Of a stretch of 51,272 nt of DNA, positions 28,680-38,914 are shown in pieces; the stretch's first letter is position 1, and the number at the start of each line of letters is the position of its first letter. Source of the stretch: Neocallimastix sp. 'constans'. Taxonomy: Eukaryota. The DNA is taken from positions 434,001 to 485,272 of the forward strand of contig JBODTK010000128.1 of the NCBI GenBank assembly GCA_050613775.1, in the 5' to 3' direction. A program made the position numbers and the translations under genes. A model generated the notes under the pieces. It was given only the letters and a program-made list of their open reading frames with translations, ran no database searches and was not told the DNA's origin.

Positions 28680-30070
28680 ATAAAATAAAATAAAATAAAT
28701 AGTAGAATATGAATATAAAGTACATATTTAATAAAATAAAATAAAATAAAATAAAATAAAATAAAATAAAATAAATAGTAGAATATTAAATATAAAGTAC
28801 AAATTGAATAAAATAAAATAAAATAAAATAAAATAAAATAAATAGTAGTAGAATATTAAATATAAAGTACAGATTGAATAAAATAAAATAATATAAAATA
28901 AAATGAAATGAAATAAAATAAAATAAAATAAATAGTAGAATATTAAATATTAAGTACAGATTGAATAAAATAAAATAAAATAAAAAAATAAAATAAAATA
29001 AAATAAAATAAATAAAATAAAATAAAATAAAATAAAATAAATAGTAAAATATTAAATATAAAGTACAAATTGAATAAAATAAAATAAAATAAAATAAAAT
29101 AAATATTAGAATATTAAATATAAAGTACAGATTGAATAAAATAAAATAAAATAAAATAAAATAAAATAAATAGTAGAATATTAAATATAAAGTACAGATT
29201 GAATAAAATAAAATAAAATAAAATAAAATAAATAGTAGAATATTAAATATAAAGTACAGATTGAATAAAATAAAATAAAATAAAATAAAATAAAATAAAT
29301 AGTAGAATATGAATATAAAGTACAGATTGAATAAAATAAAATAAAATAAAATAATATAATATAATATAAAATAAAATAAAATAAATAGTAGAATATTAAA
29401 TATAAAGTACAGATTGAATAAAATAAAATAAAATGAAATAAAATAAAATAAAATAAAATGAAATAAAATAAAATAAAATAAAATAAATAGTAGAATATGA
29501 ATATAAAGTACAGATTGAATAAAATAAAATAAAATAAAATAAAAAGTAGAATATTAAATAAGAAAGTACAGATTGAATAAAATAAAATAAAATAAAATAA
29601 AATAAAATAAAATAAAATAAAATAAAATAAAATAAAATAAAATAAAAAGTAGAATATTAAATAAGAAAGTACAGATTGAATAAAATAAAATAAAATAAAA
29701 TAAATAGTAGAATATGAATATAAAGTACAGATTGAATAAAATAAAATAAAATAAAATAAATAGTAGAATATTAAATATAAAGTACAGATTGAATAAAATA
29801 AAATAAAATAAAATAAATAGTAGAATATGAATATAAAGTACAGATTGAATAAAATAAAATAAAATAAAATAAATAGTAGAATATTAAATATAAAGTACAG
29901 ATTGAATAAAATAAAATAAAATAAATAATAGAATTTAAATATAAAGTACAGATTGAATAAAATAAAATAAAATAAAATAAAATAAAATAAAATAAAATAA
30001 AATAAAATAAAATAAAATAAAAAAATAAAATAAAATAAAATAAAATAAAATAAAATAAAATAAAATAAAT
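28680..30070 (+). repeat. Satellite array: AAATAGTAGAATATTAAATATAAAGTACAGATTGAAT units separated by variable (AAAAT)n
   Basis: About 18 conserved ~37-bp cores with spacers made only of AAAAT. Confidence 0.9.
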
Positions 30071-30473
30071 ATCTATTATTAATTTTTATTAAAGAATATT
30101 AAAGATCAATGTTTTCGAAATGAAAATTTTTTACATTTTTATATATTCAATTAATGATGTAGTTTAATATTATTGGTAGTTAATAATCTCATTAAATATA
30201 AATGATTTTTTGCTTTCTAACATATATAATTAAATAAAACATTTTATTTTTAAAAATAAAATGTTTTATTATTCTTTAATAAAAAAAAAATAATAAATAT
30301 TTATTTTATTATATATACTTGTACTTATATTATTACATTCTTTATTTATTTATTTATTTATTTTACAAATAATTGAAAAACTAATTTTTCAAAATTAATA
30401 TTAAGAATAATATTGGATAATTAATATAATAATTATAATTATATAATTAAAAATTATTTATAAAAATATAGAA

Positions 30474-31897
30474 ATGGAAGAAAATTTAATTATTGATATA
30501 AGTGAATCCAACAAAGGAAAAGAACAAATTATTATTAATAAAAAATATAAATTTAATTTTTCATATAAAAGAAAAGATAATTCCAAAGTGTATAAATGTA
30601 CAGAATATAAAAAAATAAATAAATGTAAATCTTTCATTATTTTAAATGATAAGAAATAAATTTTAAAGTATAATAGTTCACATAATCATCCTGAAAATGA
30701 ATACGATGTATCATTATCTATAATGAAACATAAAATTAAAGATGGAATTGAAAAAAGTTCAATTCCTTTTGGTATAAAAATAAAACCCCTATATAATAAA
30801 ATTTCTAAAGAAATGGGACTTATATATCCAGAATATAATTCAATTAAATCCCAAATATCAAGAAATTTAAGTAAAAAACTACCATCCAATGTAACAACAT
30901 TTGCTGAAATTCCAAGTGAATCTGAATATTATAAAACAAAGCGAGGTGAAAATTTTATGATGTTCAAAAATTCTAATTTAACAATTTTTCAATCCCCTTT
31001 TCAAGCAAAATTATTTAGGGAATATAATGATGATATATTTGTTGATGGTACATTTTTTATTGCCCCTAAATTTAGTTATCAAGTATTTATTACAAGAACT
31101 TATGCTAAAGAATTAGATAGTTTTTACACTACTTCTTTTGCAATATTAAAAAATAAAGAACAAGAAACATATTAAATGTTATTTGAAAAATTGAAAAAAA
31201 TGCTAATACATGTAACAATAATATTAGAATTGAACCAAAAAATTTGCATTGTGATTTTGAAAGGGCCATATCTAAAGCAGCAAAAACAATATTTCCTAAT
31301 ACAAATATTAAATATTGCATTTGGCATTATAAAAAATCACTAGAAATTAAAAAAAATAAATTATGCTATAATGAAGTAAAAAATAATAATAATATATTTA
31401 TTTATTATAAAACTATTTCAAATTTACCATTTATAAATCCTGAATATATATTTGATATTTATGTTATAATTAAAATTAAATCCATTAAAAATAATTATTG
31501 TCAATTTTTAAAATTTTTAGAATATTTTTATAAAACATATTTAATTGATTATGATATGAAAATTTGGAATTATTATAATAATATAGAACATATAACAAAC
31601 AATGCCTCAGAATCACTCAATAATTATTTAAATAATTTATTTCCAACAAAACCATCTTTTTATGAATTAATAGATAAATTAAATGAACTTGAACATTTAT
31701 CATATTATGATTATCAAAGAAAAATAAGAGGAATTTGGAAAATAAAAAAAAGAGCAATAAATAAAGCTAATGAAATCAGTGTCTTAATTGAACTCTACAA
31801 AAGTATTGAAGCCAAGTTAATTGATGCTAAATGTGATGGAAATAATATTATTAATTTGTGGTTTGATTGTTTAACTGATTTAAATAATATAATATAA
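30474..31897 (+). pseudogene. MULE transposase pseudogene 1
   Basis: FLYWCH/WRKY-like zinc finger (YKCTEYKKINKCKS...HNHP), DIFVDGTF, LHCDFERAI, CIWHY and TNNASES. In-frame stops at 30657-30659 and 31173-31175 and a frameshift near 31200. Confidence 0.9.
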
Positions 31898-32130
31898 ATA
31901 TTACTTTATAATAAATATGTTAAAGATATCTTTATATCTTTAATAAATTTATGTAATTCATTATTACATTAATTTATGTATGAAATTTTTTCCACGATAT
32001 CTTGAATAAAATTATGTAATTTACATTAATTTATGAATTAAAGCATATTTCAATAAATTTATGTAAACGAAAAATCATACATCAAATTTACGTACATGAA
32101 TTAAATACTTTAAACAATTATTTCTCCTTA

Positions 32131-32675
32131 AATTTTTTTTTTTTTTTTTTATTTTTTTTATTTTTTTTATTTTTTTTATTTTTTAGACTATCCCTTGTAG
32201 GTCTTGATCATATCATCCCAGCCACAACAGACAACTAATATCAGACAAACTTTATATCGGGTGTATCAGGATACAACAAAGTGCTCCCATGCCATACCAT
32301 TTCGGCGTCGACGCTCTCAGTCACGGATTACAGAACCACAAGATTTGAAGATGATGGATACGGCAAGCCACAACTACATACACTATAACATTATTATTTA
32401 TTTACTACATTACCTTTCTCCAAATTAGGAAATCTATCCTAACACGTGATGAACACGCAGATACATTAACTAATGAGGATTTACAATACGCAGGAATCAC
32501 CCCGCTTCAGGCAATGTATACGTTCAACTGAGAAGCACGATCATAGTGTAGACGATGACTTGTTCGATTTAGGGTTAGACTGTCAAATGGATTATAATGG
32601 GTGGTAAGGTGGAATCGAACTCCGGACTATTGACCTCAGGGTATACGCGCTAACCATTGACCCGATCTCACGGAG
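32131..32675 (-). mobile_element. Full-length tRNA-derived SINE (about 545 bp)
   Basis: Minus-strand head has an A-box-like TCGGGTCAATGGTTAG (32665-32650) and B-box GAGTTCGATTCC (32622-32611). A-rich tail at 32133-32185. 10-bp TSD TTTCTCCTTA at 32121-32130 and 32676-32685. Confidence 0.85.
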
Positions 32676-32685
32676 TTTCTCCTTA

Positions 32686-33474
32686 TAATACAGAATGAAC
32701 AAATAATACTAATTGTGCTAGAATAATATAAATTATTCTAACATTATAGATTATTCTATTCTATATAATTGGAACTTTCCAATATTCTTCAAATATTACT
32801 AAATAGAAATCTTAAGTTAATAAATCACTAATTAACTTATAATTCCTTTTTTGAATTATCGATCCGATTCCATTATAATGTATTAAAAATCTTTAGCCAA
32901 GAATATTGTCCTTGCCCACTTAATATATTAATATTATATTTCTTTTGTATTATGTTATATCGAAAATAATCAAATCTATTTAATTAGTTATTAAAATTTT
33001 CGTTATCAATTTAAATTTATTTTTAATTACTAAATTTAACTAAACCACAATAAAATATTCTGTATAATCTCTTTATTTTTATTTTATATATATTAGTATT
33101 AAACTATTATTAAATAATTAATAATTCAATAATATATAACTACTATTTATAACAATAATATTATTAACTAAAATAATAATTCAATTTCAATTTAAATGTT
33201 TCATTTATAAAAATAATTAGTAATTAGTTTATTAAAAAAATAGTTAGGCTTTACAAATTTTAATTTGATAAAAAAATATAAATACATGTAATTTTAGTGA
33301 AATAAAATATAATCAATAACTTTCTTTTTATTAAATAAATAATTATATTATTATTTTTCTTTTATAAATTTAAATAAATAAATATTGATTTTAAAACAAA
33401 TTATTTTTTTTTATTGTAATTTTATTATTTGTGTTAATTATTATTATATTCCTAAAATTATATGAACCATACCA
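32686..33474 (+). repeat. 5' LTR
   Basis: Direct repeat of 38915-39703; begins TAATACAG and ends CATACCA. Confidence 0.95.
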
Positions 33475-33482
33475 TGAAAAAT

Positions 33483-33502
33483 TGGTGGAGATATCGGGGA
33501 AT
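33483..33502 (+). other. Primer-binding site, probably tRNA-Ala
   Basis: TGGTGGAGATATCGGGGAAT is complementary to a 3' end of the form ...ATCTCCACCA, typical of eukaryotic tRNA-Ala. Confidence 0.7.
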
Positions 33503-33661
33503 ATAATAATAAATTAATACATTGGGGATAAAATTATAATATTAATAAATAATTTTTCTAATAAAACAAATATTTTTTTAAAAAAGAAAACAATTTTTAT
33601 ATTTTTAACTAATTATTATTAATTGTTAAAAATATTAATTAATATTAAATTAAACTAATAT

Positions 33662-33827
33662 TCGTGCATAGATTTCCGGGTTAAGTTTATCCTACATAGT
33701 AATTGGGCTAGTAGGCTCTGGACTGCTATTTTTTATATTGAAAATAGTAACCGTGGCACACGCGTGGCATGACACCTTTCAAGAGGTAAGCTGCACGTCA
33801 GACAGTGTGTACTATCAGATTGCACGA
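33662..33827 (+). ncRNA. Structured RNA element in the retrotransposon 5' leader
   Basis: GC-rich island closed by TCGTGCA/TGCACGA, with internal stems CCTAC/GTAGG, TGCTATTTT/AAAATAGTA and ACCT/AGGT, and palindrome CACGCGTG. Confidence 0.55.
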
Positions 33828-33984
33828 TTATTATAATTTAATAAGTGATTAATAATAATAAATAATTAATAATTTTATTAGTTAAAAGATTTATTTTTTT
33901 TAATTTTTTTTTTATTTTTATTTTTTTATAACAATTTATACATTACGAGGTTTAGCATTCTATAGATACAATAAATTTTATTTT

Positions 33985-34902
33985 ATGAGAACATCCAGTA
34001 CTTCCAGTACTCCAACAGAGAGTACTCCAGAAAGTAAGCTTAGCTTCAGAGAATTAAAGAAAGAATTAAAAGATTTTGAAAAGCTTACTAAACAAAACCT
34101 TGACATCAATTCCTGGGCAAATGAGTTAAAGGCATGGATAAAATACCAACATATCAAGGATCCTGAAACTATTTTTACTGCTTGTATATTAACGGCTTCT
34201 GGAGAACCAAGAGAAATTATCCAAGAACTAGAAGATGGAAATGACCTTACTGAAGATGAAGATTCTGATTTCGATAGCGATAGTGAAGGAGAAGATGATG
34301 AAGAAAGTGAATCTACTACCACCTACCCAAGCCTTGATGAAATCATAAATCATCTGAAGACTTTCTATGGACTTAAAGAAGATCAAACCAATTTGTTACG
34401 AGAATTGCGTTCCATGAAAATAAAGAAGAACGAGAAAGTTAAAGATTTTAATGTCCGTTATAGATCTTTGTACCATAAATTGGATAAAAAGAGAAGAAGA
34501 AAAATTAGTGTTTTAGATTATGCAGATTCCTTAACCAATAATCCTGACGCATGGAGAAAGGTTATGCTTAAAGACAATATTTCTATTACCAAAGCATTCG
34601 CTATAGCTGAAAAAGTTGATCGTTTATCTATTAAAAATAGTACTGAATATTATGATAAGACTCGTTACAATCTCCTTAACTCTAAAAGTAATTTTAATAA
34701 GAACATTTCAAATGATTTTAACAAACCAAAAACCCAAAAAAATGTATCTATAGAAAATCTCACTAACAAGATGAAAGAAATGAAAATTAGTACTTGCTGG
34801 TTTTGTAGCAATGAAGGACATATCAAACGAAACTGTCCTAAATTAAATTCTATATTGGAAAATAACCGCAAGAAGTTTTATGAAAATTATTTAAACCACT
34901 AA
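33985..34902 (+). CDS. gag: Gag with CCHC zinc knuckle
   Basis: 305-aa ORF after the PBS; CWFCSNEGHIKRNC knuckle; MHR-like KNEKVKDFNVRY. Confidence 0.9.
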   Translation: MRTSSTSSTPTESTPESKLSFRELKKELKDFEKLTKQNLDINSWANELKAWIKYQHIKDPETIFTACILTASGEPREIIQELEDGNDLTEDEDSDFDSDSEGEDDEESESTTTYPSLDEIINHLKTFYGLKEDQTNLLRELRSMKIKKNEKVKDFNVRYRSLYHKLDKKRRRKISVLDYADSLTNNPDAWRKVMLKDNISITKAFAIAEKVDRLSIKNSTEYYDKTRYNLLNSKSNFNKNISNDFNKPKTQKNVSIENLTNKMKEMKISTCWFCSNEGHIKRNCPKLNSILENNRKKFYENYLNH

Positions 34903-34942
34903 AAGGGAGTAGAAGCACTCCCATCGTCAAAAAAATTGCTTC
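34890..34942 (+). promoter_or_regulatory. -1 programmed ribosomal frameshift signal (slippery heptamer plus H-type pseudoknot)
   Basis: T TTA AAC in the gag frame, 8-nt spacer, stem 1 GGGAGT/ACTCCC, stem 2 GAAGC/GCTTC. The -1 frame is open into pol. Confidence 0.85.
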
Positions 34943-37900
34943 AGTCTGCCATCGTCCCAAAACAGTTGACTTAAAAGAAGATGATGATTATGAAGAAATT
35001 GCTGATTTCCAAGAAGGTACTACTACGGATTATTACGAAGATTTTGATGATGAGTCGGATGGTTCCAAAGAATTGGATTACTTAGTAAACGTTATAAAGA
35101 GAAAGGCAAATCCTAAAGATGAAGAGACTAGTGACCAAAGAGGAAAGAGGGTTCACCGTAGTCTAAGAGATGATCCTAAGCCAATAGTTACTCCAGGTTT
35201 ACGAAAACAAAAAGAAAATCAATTAAGGGGAACATCGCGACCAGTCAAAAAGCCAACAACTCAATTACATCCTTCGATTATGGCTCAACCCAGAATAGAG
35301 AAAGAAAAGAGGATTGAGAAAGAGCTAAGAGATAAGGAAAGAGCTAGTACTAGTACTTCTGTGGAAAATAATAAAAATAGTATTGTTAATATTATTAATG
35401 AAGAAACTTCTCAGGAAGGAAATAATTCTAAACAAACTTTAAATAAATTAATTCAAGAAAAATCATCAGAAAAGTCAACTGAAATTATGCCAACTAGAAT
35501 TCCAAAAAGAATACAAATGCAAACTGATTGTGATAGTTATGACGTGATCAAAGATTTAAACTCCAGTAATTGCAATATTACATTTGGACAATTATTGGAC
35601 GTTGCTCCAAAGATACGGTCTCAAGTATCACAAGGACTTAAATTAGAAAAGAATAATACTAAAATTTCAGGTGCAGTGGATAATATGTGTGCTACTACAA
35701 TAATAACGAACAATATAGATCATACATATAAAAGTAAACATCATGAACCACAAGAAGATGATATTGCTATGGTTGATGTAATAGTAGATGGAGTTCGTGG
35801 TAAGGCTTTAATAGATTCATGTAGCAACTTAAGTATTATCACAAAGCAATTTTTAGATAAATTACCTTATCAGTATGAACCTATAGGAGTTAGTGCAGGA
35901 CGAATACGTTTAGCAACGATGAATGATGATTACTCAGAAGATGTGTTAATCAAAGTTCCCGTAAAAATTAATGAACTAGAACTACTTGTTACGTGTAGAA
36001 TTATAGACAAGGAGGATCCATTCTATGATATATTAATCAACCTCAAAACTCAAATTGATAACCAGTTATTTATACATCCAATTAGATATAGTCTTTGTCG
36101 ATTTAATGATCAAGGTTTAATTGAAGAAATTGCACCTATTAATAATGAATATGATGACGAAGAAAAATTATTATGTGTAATCAAAGCATTGAATCACCAA
36201 GAAGCTAAGCAACAATTGAAAACGATTGAAGGATTACCACCCATAAAATATATATATGACACAGTTTTTCAAAGTACAATTAATTCAAATTATAGAGAAG
36301 CTATTACTAAATTACTTGAAGAATATATTGATATAATTGCAACTTCTTCTGAAGAATTAACACCTTCAGATTTATCACCACACAAAATTATTCTTAAGGA
36401 AGGAGTTAAACCTATTAAACAAAAATTTTATCGACTTAGTAAATTAAAAACAGATATCTTAAAAGAAGAATTAACCAAACTCATATATAAACGATTAATT
36501 GAACCTTCATGTTCAGAATGGTCATCACCAGTAGTACTTGTGCCTAAAAAGAACGGTAAATGGCGCCTGTGTATTGACTATAGGAAAGTAAATGAAGCAA
36601 CTAAGAAGGATTCTTATTCTTTACCAAATATTGAGGAAATTTTTGATAGCTTAGATGGAGCAAAAATCTTCTCAACATTAGATCTTTATTCCGGTTATCA
36701 TCAAATATTAATGGATGATGATAGTGTTGAAATCACTACCTTTACAACTAAGTTCGGAAACTACCAATTCAAGGTAATGCCCTTCGGTTTAACAGGTGCT
36801 CCAGCTACATTCCAAAGAGAAATGAACCGTATACTATTTCCCTTAATAGGAAAATGCGTCTATAACTTTATAGATGATATTTTAATCTACTCAAGAACTG
36901 AAGAAGAACACCTAGAACATCTTAAACAAGTCTTAGAAATATTCAAGGAACATAAGTTAAAAATCAATATCGAAAAGTGTTCTTTCATGCAAACTGAAGT
37001 AGAAGTACTTGGACATAAAGTATCCTCAGAAGGTTTAAGTCCATTGGAAAACAAAGTTGAAGCTATTAAAGAATGGAAGGCTCCCTCTAACATTCATGAA
37101 CTTCGATCATTTTTAGGAGCTATTGGATATTATAGAAATTTTATTAAGGACTTTGCAAAAGTTGCTGCTCCTCTCTGGACTCTATTAAGAAAAGGTATTA
37201 AGTTTGAATGGAAAAAGGAACAAGAAGAAAGTTTTAAAATTCTTAAGGAAAGATTAATCAATGCCCCAATATTAAGATTTCCTAGATTTGATAGAGAATT
37301 TATTATAAGAACAGATGCTTCCTATGATGGAATAGGCGGTGTGCTTTTACAAAAGGATGATGAAACTGGAAAGGAGCATCCGGTTCATTATATTAGTAGA
37401 AGTTTATCTAAATCGGAAAAGAATTATGGAATTACGGATCTAGAAGGTGCTGCTCTAATTTACTGTATTAATAAATTAAAATCTTATATTATGGGAAATC
37501 CTAAGCAAACTATAGTATATACAGATCATAGACCATTAATCGGATTACTTAAAAGTAAGGAACCACAAAATTCTCGTCATACTAGATGGTGTTTGACTGT
37601 CAGTATGTTAGGAATTGATTTACGATATGAAACTGGAAAGAATAATGTTGTCGCAGATGCTTTATCAAGAATGAAAAATGAAAAAGAAAAAGTTGTCTTA
37701 ACAACACAAATTATCAAGGAACAAGATGAAAACCTGCTTTCAAGAACCATTAAGGAATTTATTGAAGAAAAATTTACGACAATTGATGGTGTGGACTACT
37801 TTGTTGATGGCAATAATTATAGAAAATTAGTTACAGATACAAAAGAAAAACTTCAATTAATTTTTCAAGCACACAGTATAGGACACGAAGGCTATTACAA

Positions 37901-38891
37901 GACATACCAACGTTTGAAAAAGAGCTACTATTGGAACAATATGGTTAATGACATTAAGCGAATTATAGGTAAATGTGAAAAATGTCAATTAAATAAATCT
38001 CAACCATACCCTGAACCAACGGAAGATAAACCAACTGAAGTGGAAGGACCATTTACACACTTAGGATTGGACATTATAGGACCTCTAAGTAAAACCAGAA
38101 ATAATAATCAATATATAATCGTTGTGGTTGATTATTTTACTAAATGGGTTGAGGCAGAGCCCACTGAAAATGTTACTTCTCAGGATGTGATAAAATTTTT
38201 AATTAATGTATTTGCTCGACACGGTGTACCTCAAATTATCACTACTGATAATGGAACACAATTTACATCAGATATGACAAAAATCTTCCTTGATTTATAT
38301 GATGTATATGTTAAATTTATCACTCCATATCATCCTGAAAGCAATGGTTTAGTTGAGAATCGTAATAAAGAAATTGGAAAATTATTACGATTACTAGGAC
38401 AACAACACAAAGAATGGGATGAAATTTTACCATCTGCACTTTGGGCTTTAAGAACTACTAAAAACTCAATCACCAACCATTCAAGTTTTGAATTAGTTTA
38501 TGGAAGGGAGGACCAACAACCTTTTGACATTGCTGCCAGACCAACTAAGGGTATAAATAAGTCTTCTGACGAAATTCTACTGGAAAAATTTGTATCACAC
38601 TACCAATGGGTAATGGAGGCCGCATCTAATATCAAAAATGCTTCGAAGTATTGGGCTACTAGGAGAGAAGAAAAGACCAGTATGAATCAAGCTAAAAGAA
38701 TAAAACCAGGTGATTTAGTACTAGTAAGAAACTTTAATCGAACTAAATTAGAACCTTACTTTGTTGGACCTATGAAAGTGGTAAAGAAACAATTCAATAC
38801 AGTCACTTTAGCTGATCCTGCTACTAATATACAAATGAATCGTAATGTTCATTTGAAAAATATTGTCAAGTTTAACTCAGCTTCTACCTAG
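34890..38891 (+). CDS. pol: Pol polyprotein (protease, RT, RNase H, integrase), translated by frameshift from gag
   Basis: ALIDSCS protease; RT (WRLCIDYR, MPFGL, FIDD); RNase H (RTDAS, TDHRPL, NVVADALSR); integrase (H-H-C-C, GLDIIGPL, TDNGTQF, PYHPESNGLVE, GPY/F-like FVGPM). No stops. Confidence 0.95.
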   Translation, partial: FKPLKGSRSTPIVKKIASVCHRPKTVDLKEDDDYEEIADFQEGTTTDYYEDFDDESDGSKELDYLVNVIKRKANPKDEETSDQRGKRVHRSLRDDPKPIVTPGLRKQKENQLRGTSRPVKKPTTQLHPSIMAQPRIEKEKRIEKELRDKERASTSTSVENNKNSIVNIINEETSQEGNNSKQTLNKLIQEKSSEKSTEIMPTRIPKRIQMQTDCDSYDVIKDLNSSNCNITFGQLLDVAPKIRSQVSQGLKLEKNNTKISGAVDNMCATTIITNNIDHTYKSKHHEPQEDDIAMVDVIVDGVRGKALIDSCSNLSIITKQFLDKLPYQYEPIGVSAGRIRLATMNDDYSEDVLIKVPVKINELELLVTCRIIDKEDPFYDILINLKTQIDNQLFIHPIRYSLCRFNDQGLIEEIAPINNEYDDEEKLLCVIKALNHQEAKQQLKTIEGLPPIKYIYDTVFQSTINSNYREAITKLLEEYIDIIATSSEELTPSDLSPHKIILKEGVKPIKQKFYRLSKLKTDILKEELTKLIYKRLIEPSCSEWSSPVVLVPKKNGKWRLCIDYRKVNEATKKDSYSLPNIEEIFDSLDGAKIFSTLDLYSGYHQILMDDDSVEITTFTTKFGNYQFKVMPFGLTGAPATFQREMNRILFPLIGKCVYNFIDDILIYSRTEEEHLEHLKQVLEIFKEHKLKINIEKCSFMQTEVEVLGHKVSSEGLSPLENKVEAIKEWKAPSNIHELRSFLGAIGYYRNFIKDFAKVAAPLWTLLRKGIKFEWKKEQEESFKILKERLINAPILRFPRFDREFIIRTDASYDGIGGVLLQKDDETGKEHPVHYISRSLSKSEKNYGITDLEGAALIYCINKLKSYIMGNPKQTIVYTDHRPLIGLLKSKEPQNSRHTRWCLTVSMLGIDLRYETGKNNVVADALSRMKNEKEKVVLTTQIIKEQDENLLSRTIKEFIEEKFTTIDGVDYFVDGNNYRKLVTDTKEKLQLIFQAHSIGHEGYYKTYQRLKKSYYWNNMVNDIKRIIGKCEKCQLNKSQPYPEPTEDKPTEVEGPFTHLGLDIIGPLSKTRNNNQYIIVVVDYFTKWVEAEPTENVTSQDVIKFLINVFARHGVPQIITTDNGTQFTSDMTKIFLDLYDVYVKFITPYHPESNGLVENRNKEIGKLLRLLGQQHKEWDEILPSALWALRTTKNSITNHSSFELVYGREDQQPFDIAARPTKGINKSSDEILLEKFVSHYQWVMEAASNIKNASKYWATRREEKTSMNQAKRIKPGDLVLVRNFNRTKLEPYFVGPMKVVKKQFNTVTLADPATNIQMNRNVHLKNIVKFNSAST

Positions 38892-38901
38892 CTTGAGTCT
38901 T

Positions 38902-38909
38902 AGCGGGGG
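38902..38909 (+). other. Polypurine tract
   Basis: AGCGGGGG between the pol stop and the 3' LTR. Confidence 0.6.
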
Positions 38910-38914
38910 CATCT

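Noticed and set aside
28680..30070. CRISPR-like repeat-spacer appearance
   Set aside because: Spacers are only (AAAAT)n with no unique sequence, there are no cas genes, and the context is eukaryotic.
32204..32428. 74-aa ORF in the SINE body
   Set aside because: TTG start, antisense to the SINE, and no recognisable domain.
32595..32675. Functional tRNA gene
   Set aside because: A/B boxes are present, but acceptor and anticodon arms do not pair properly. It is attached to a body, A-tail and TSD, so it is a SINE head.
35073..35075. Independent TTG start for pol
   Set aside because: The frame is open upstream to the slippery site at 34890, so frameshifting explains expression better.
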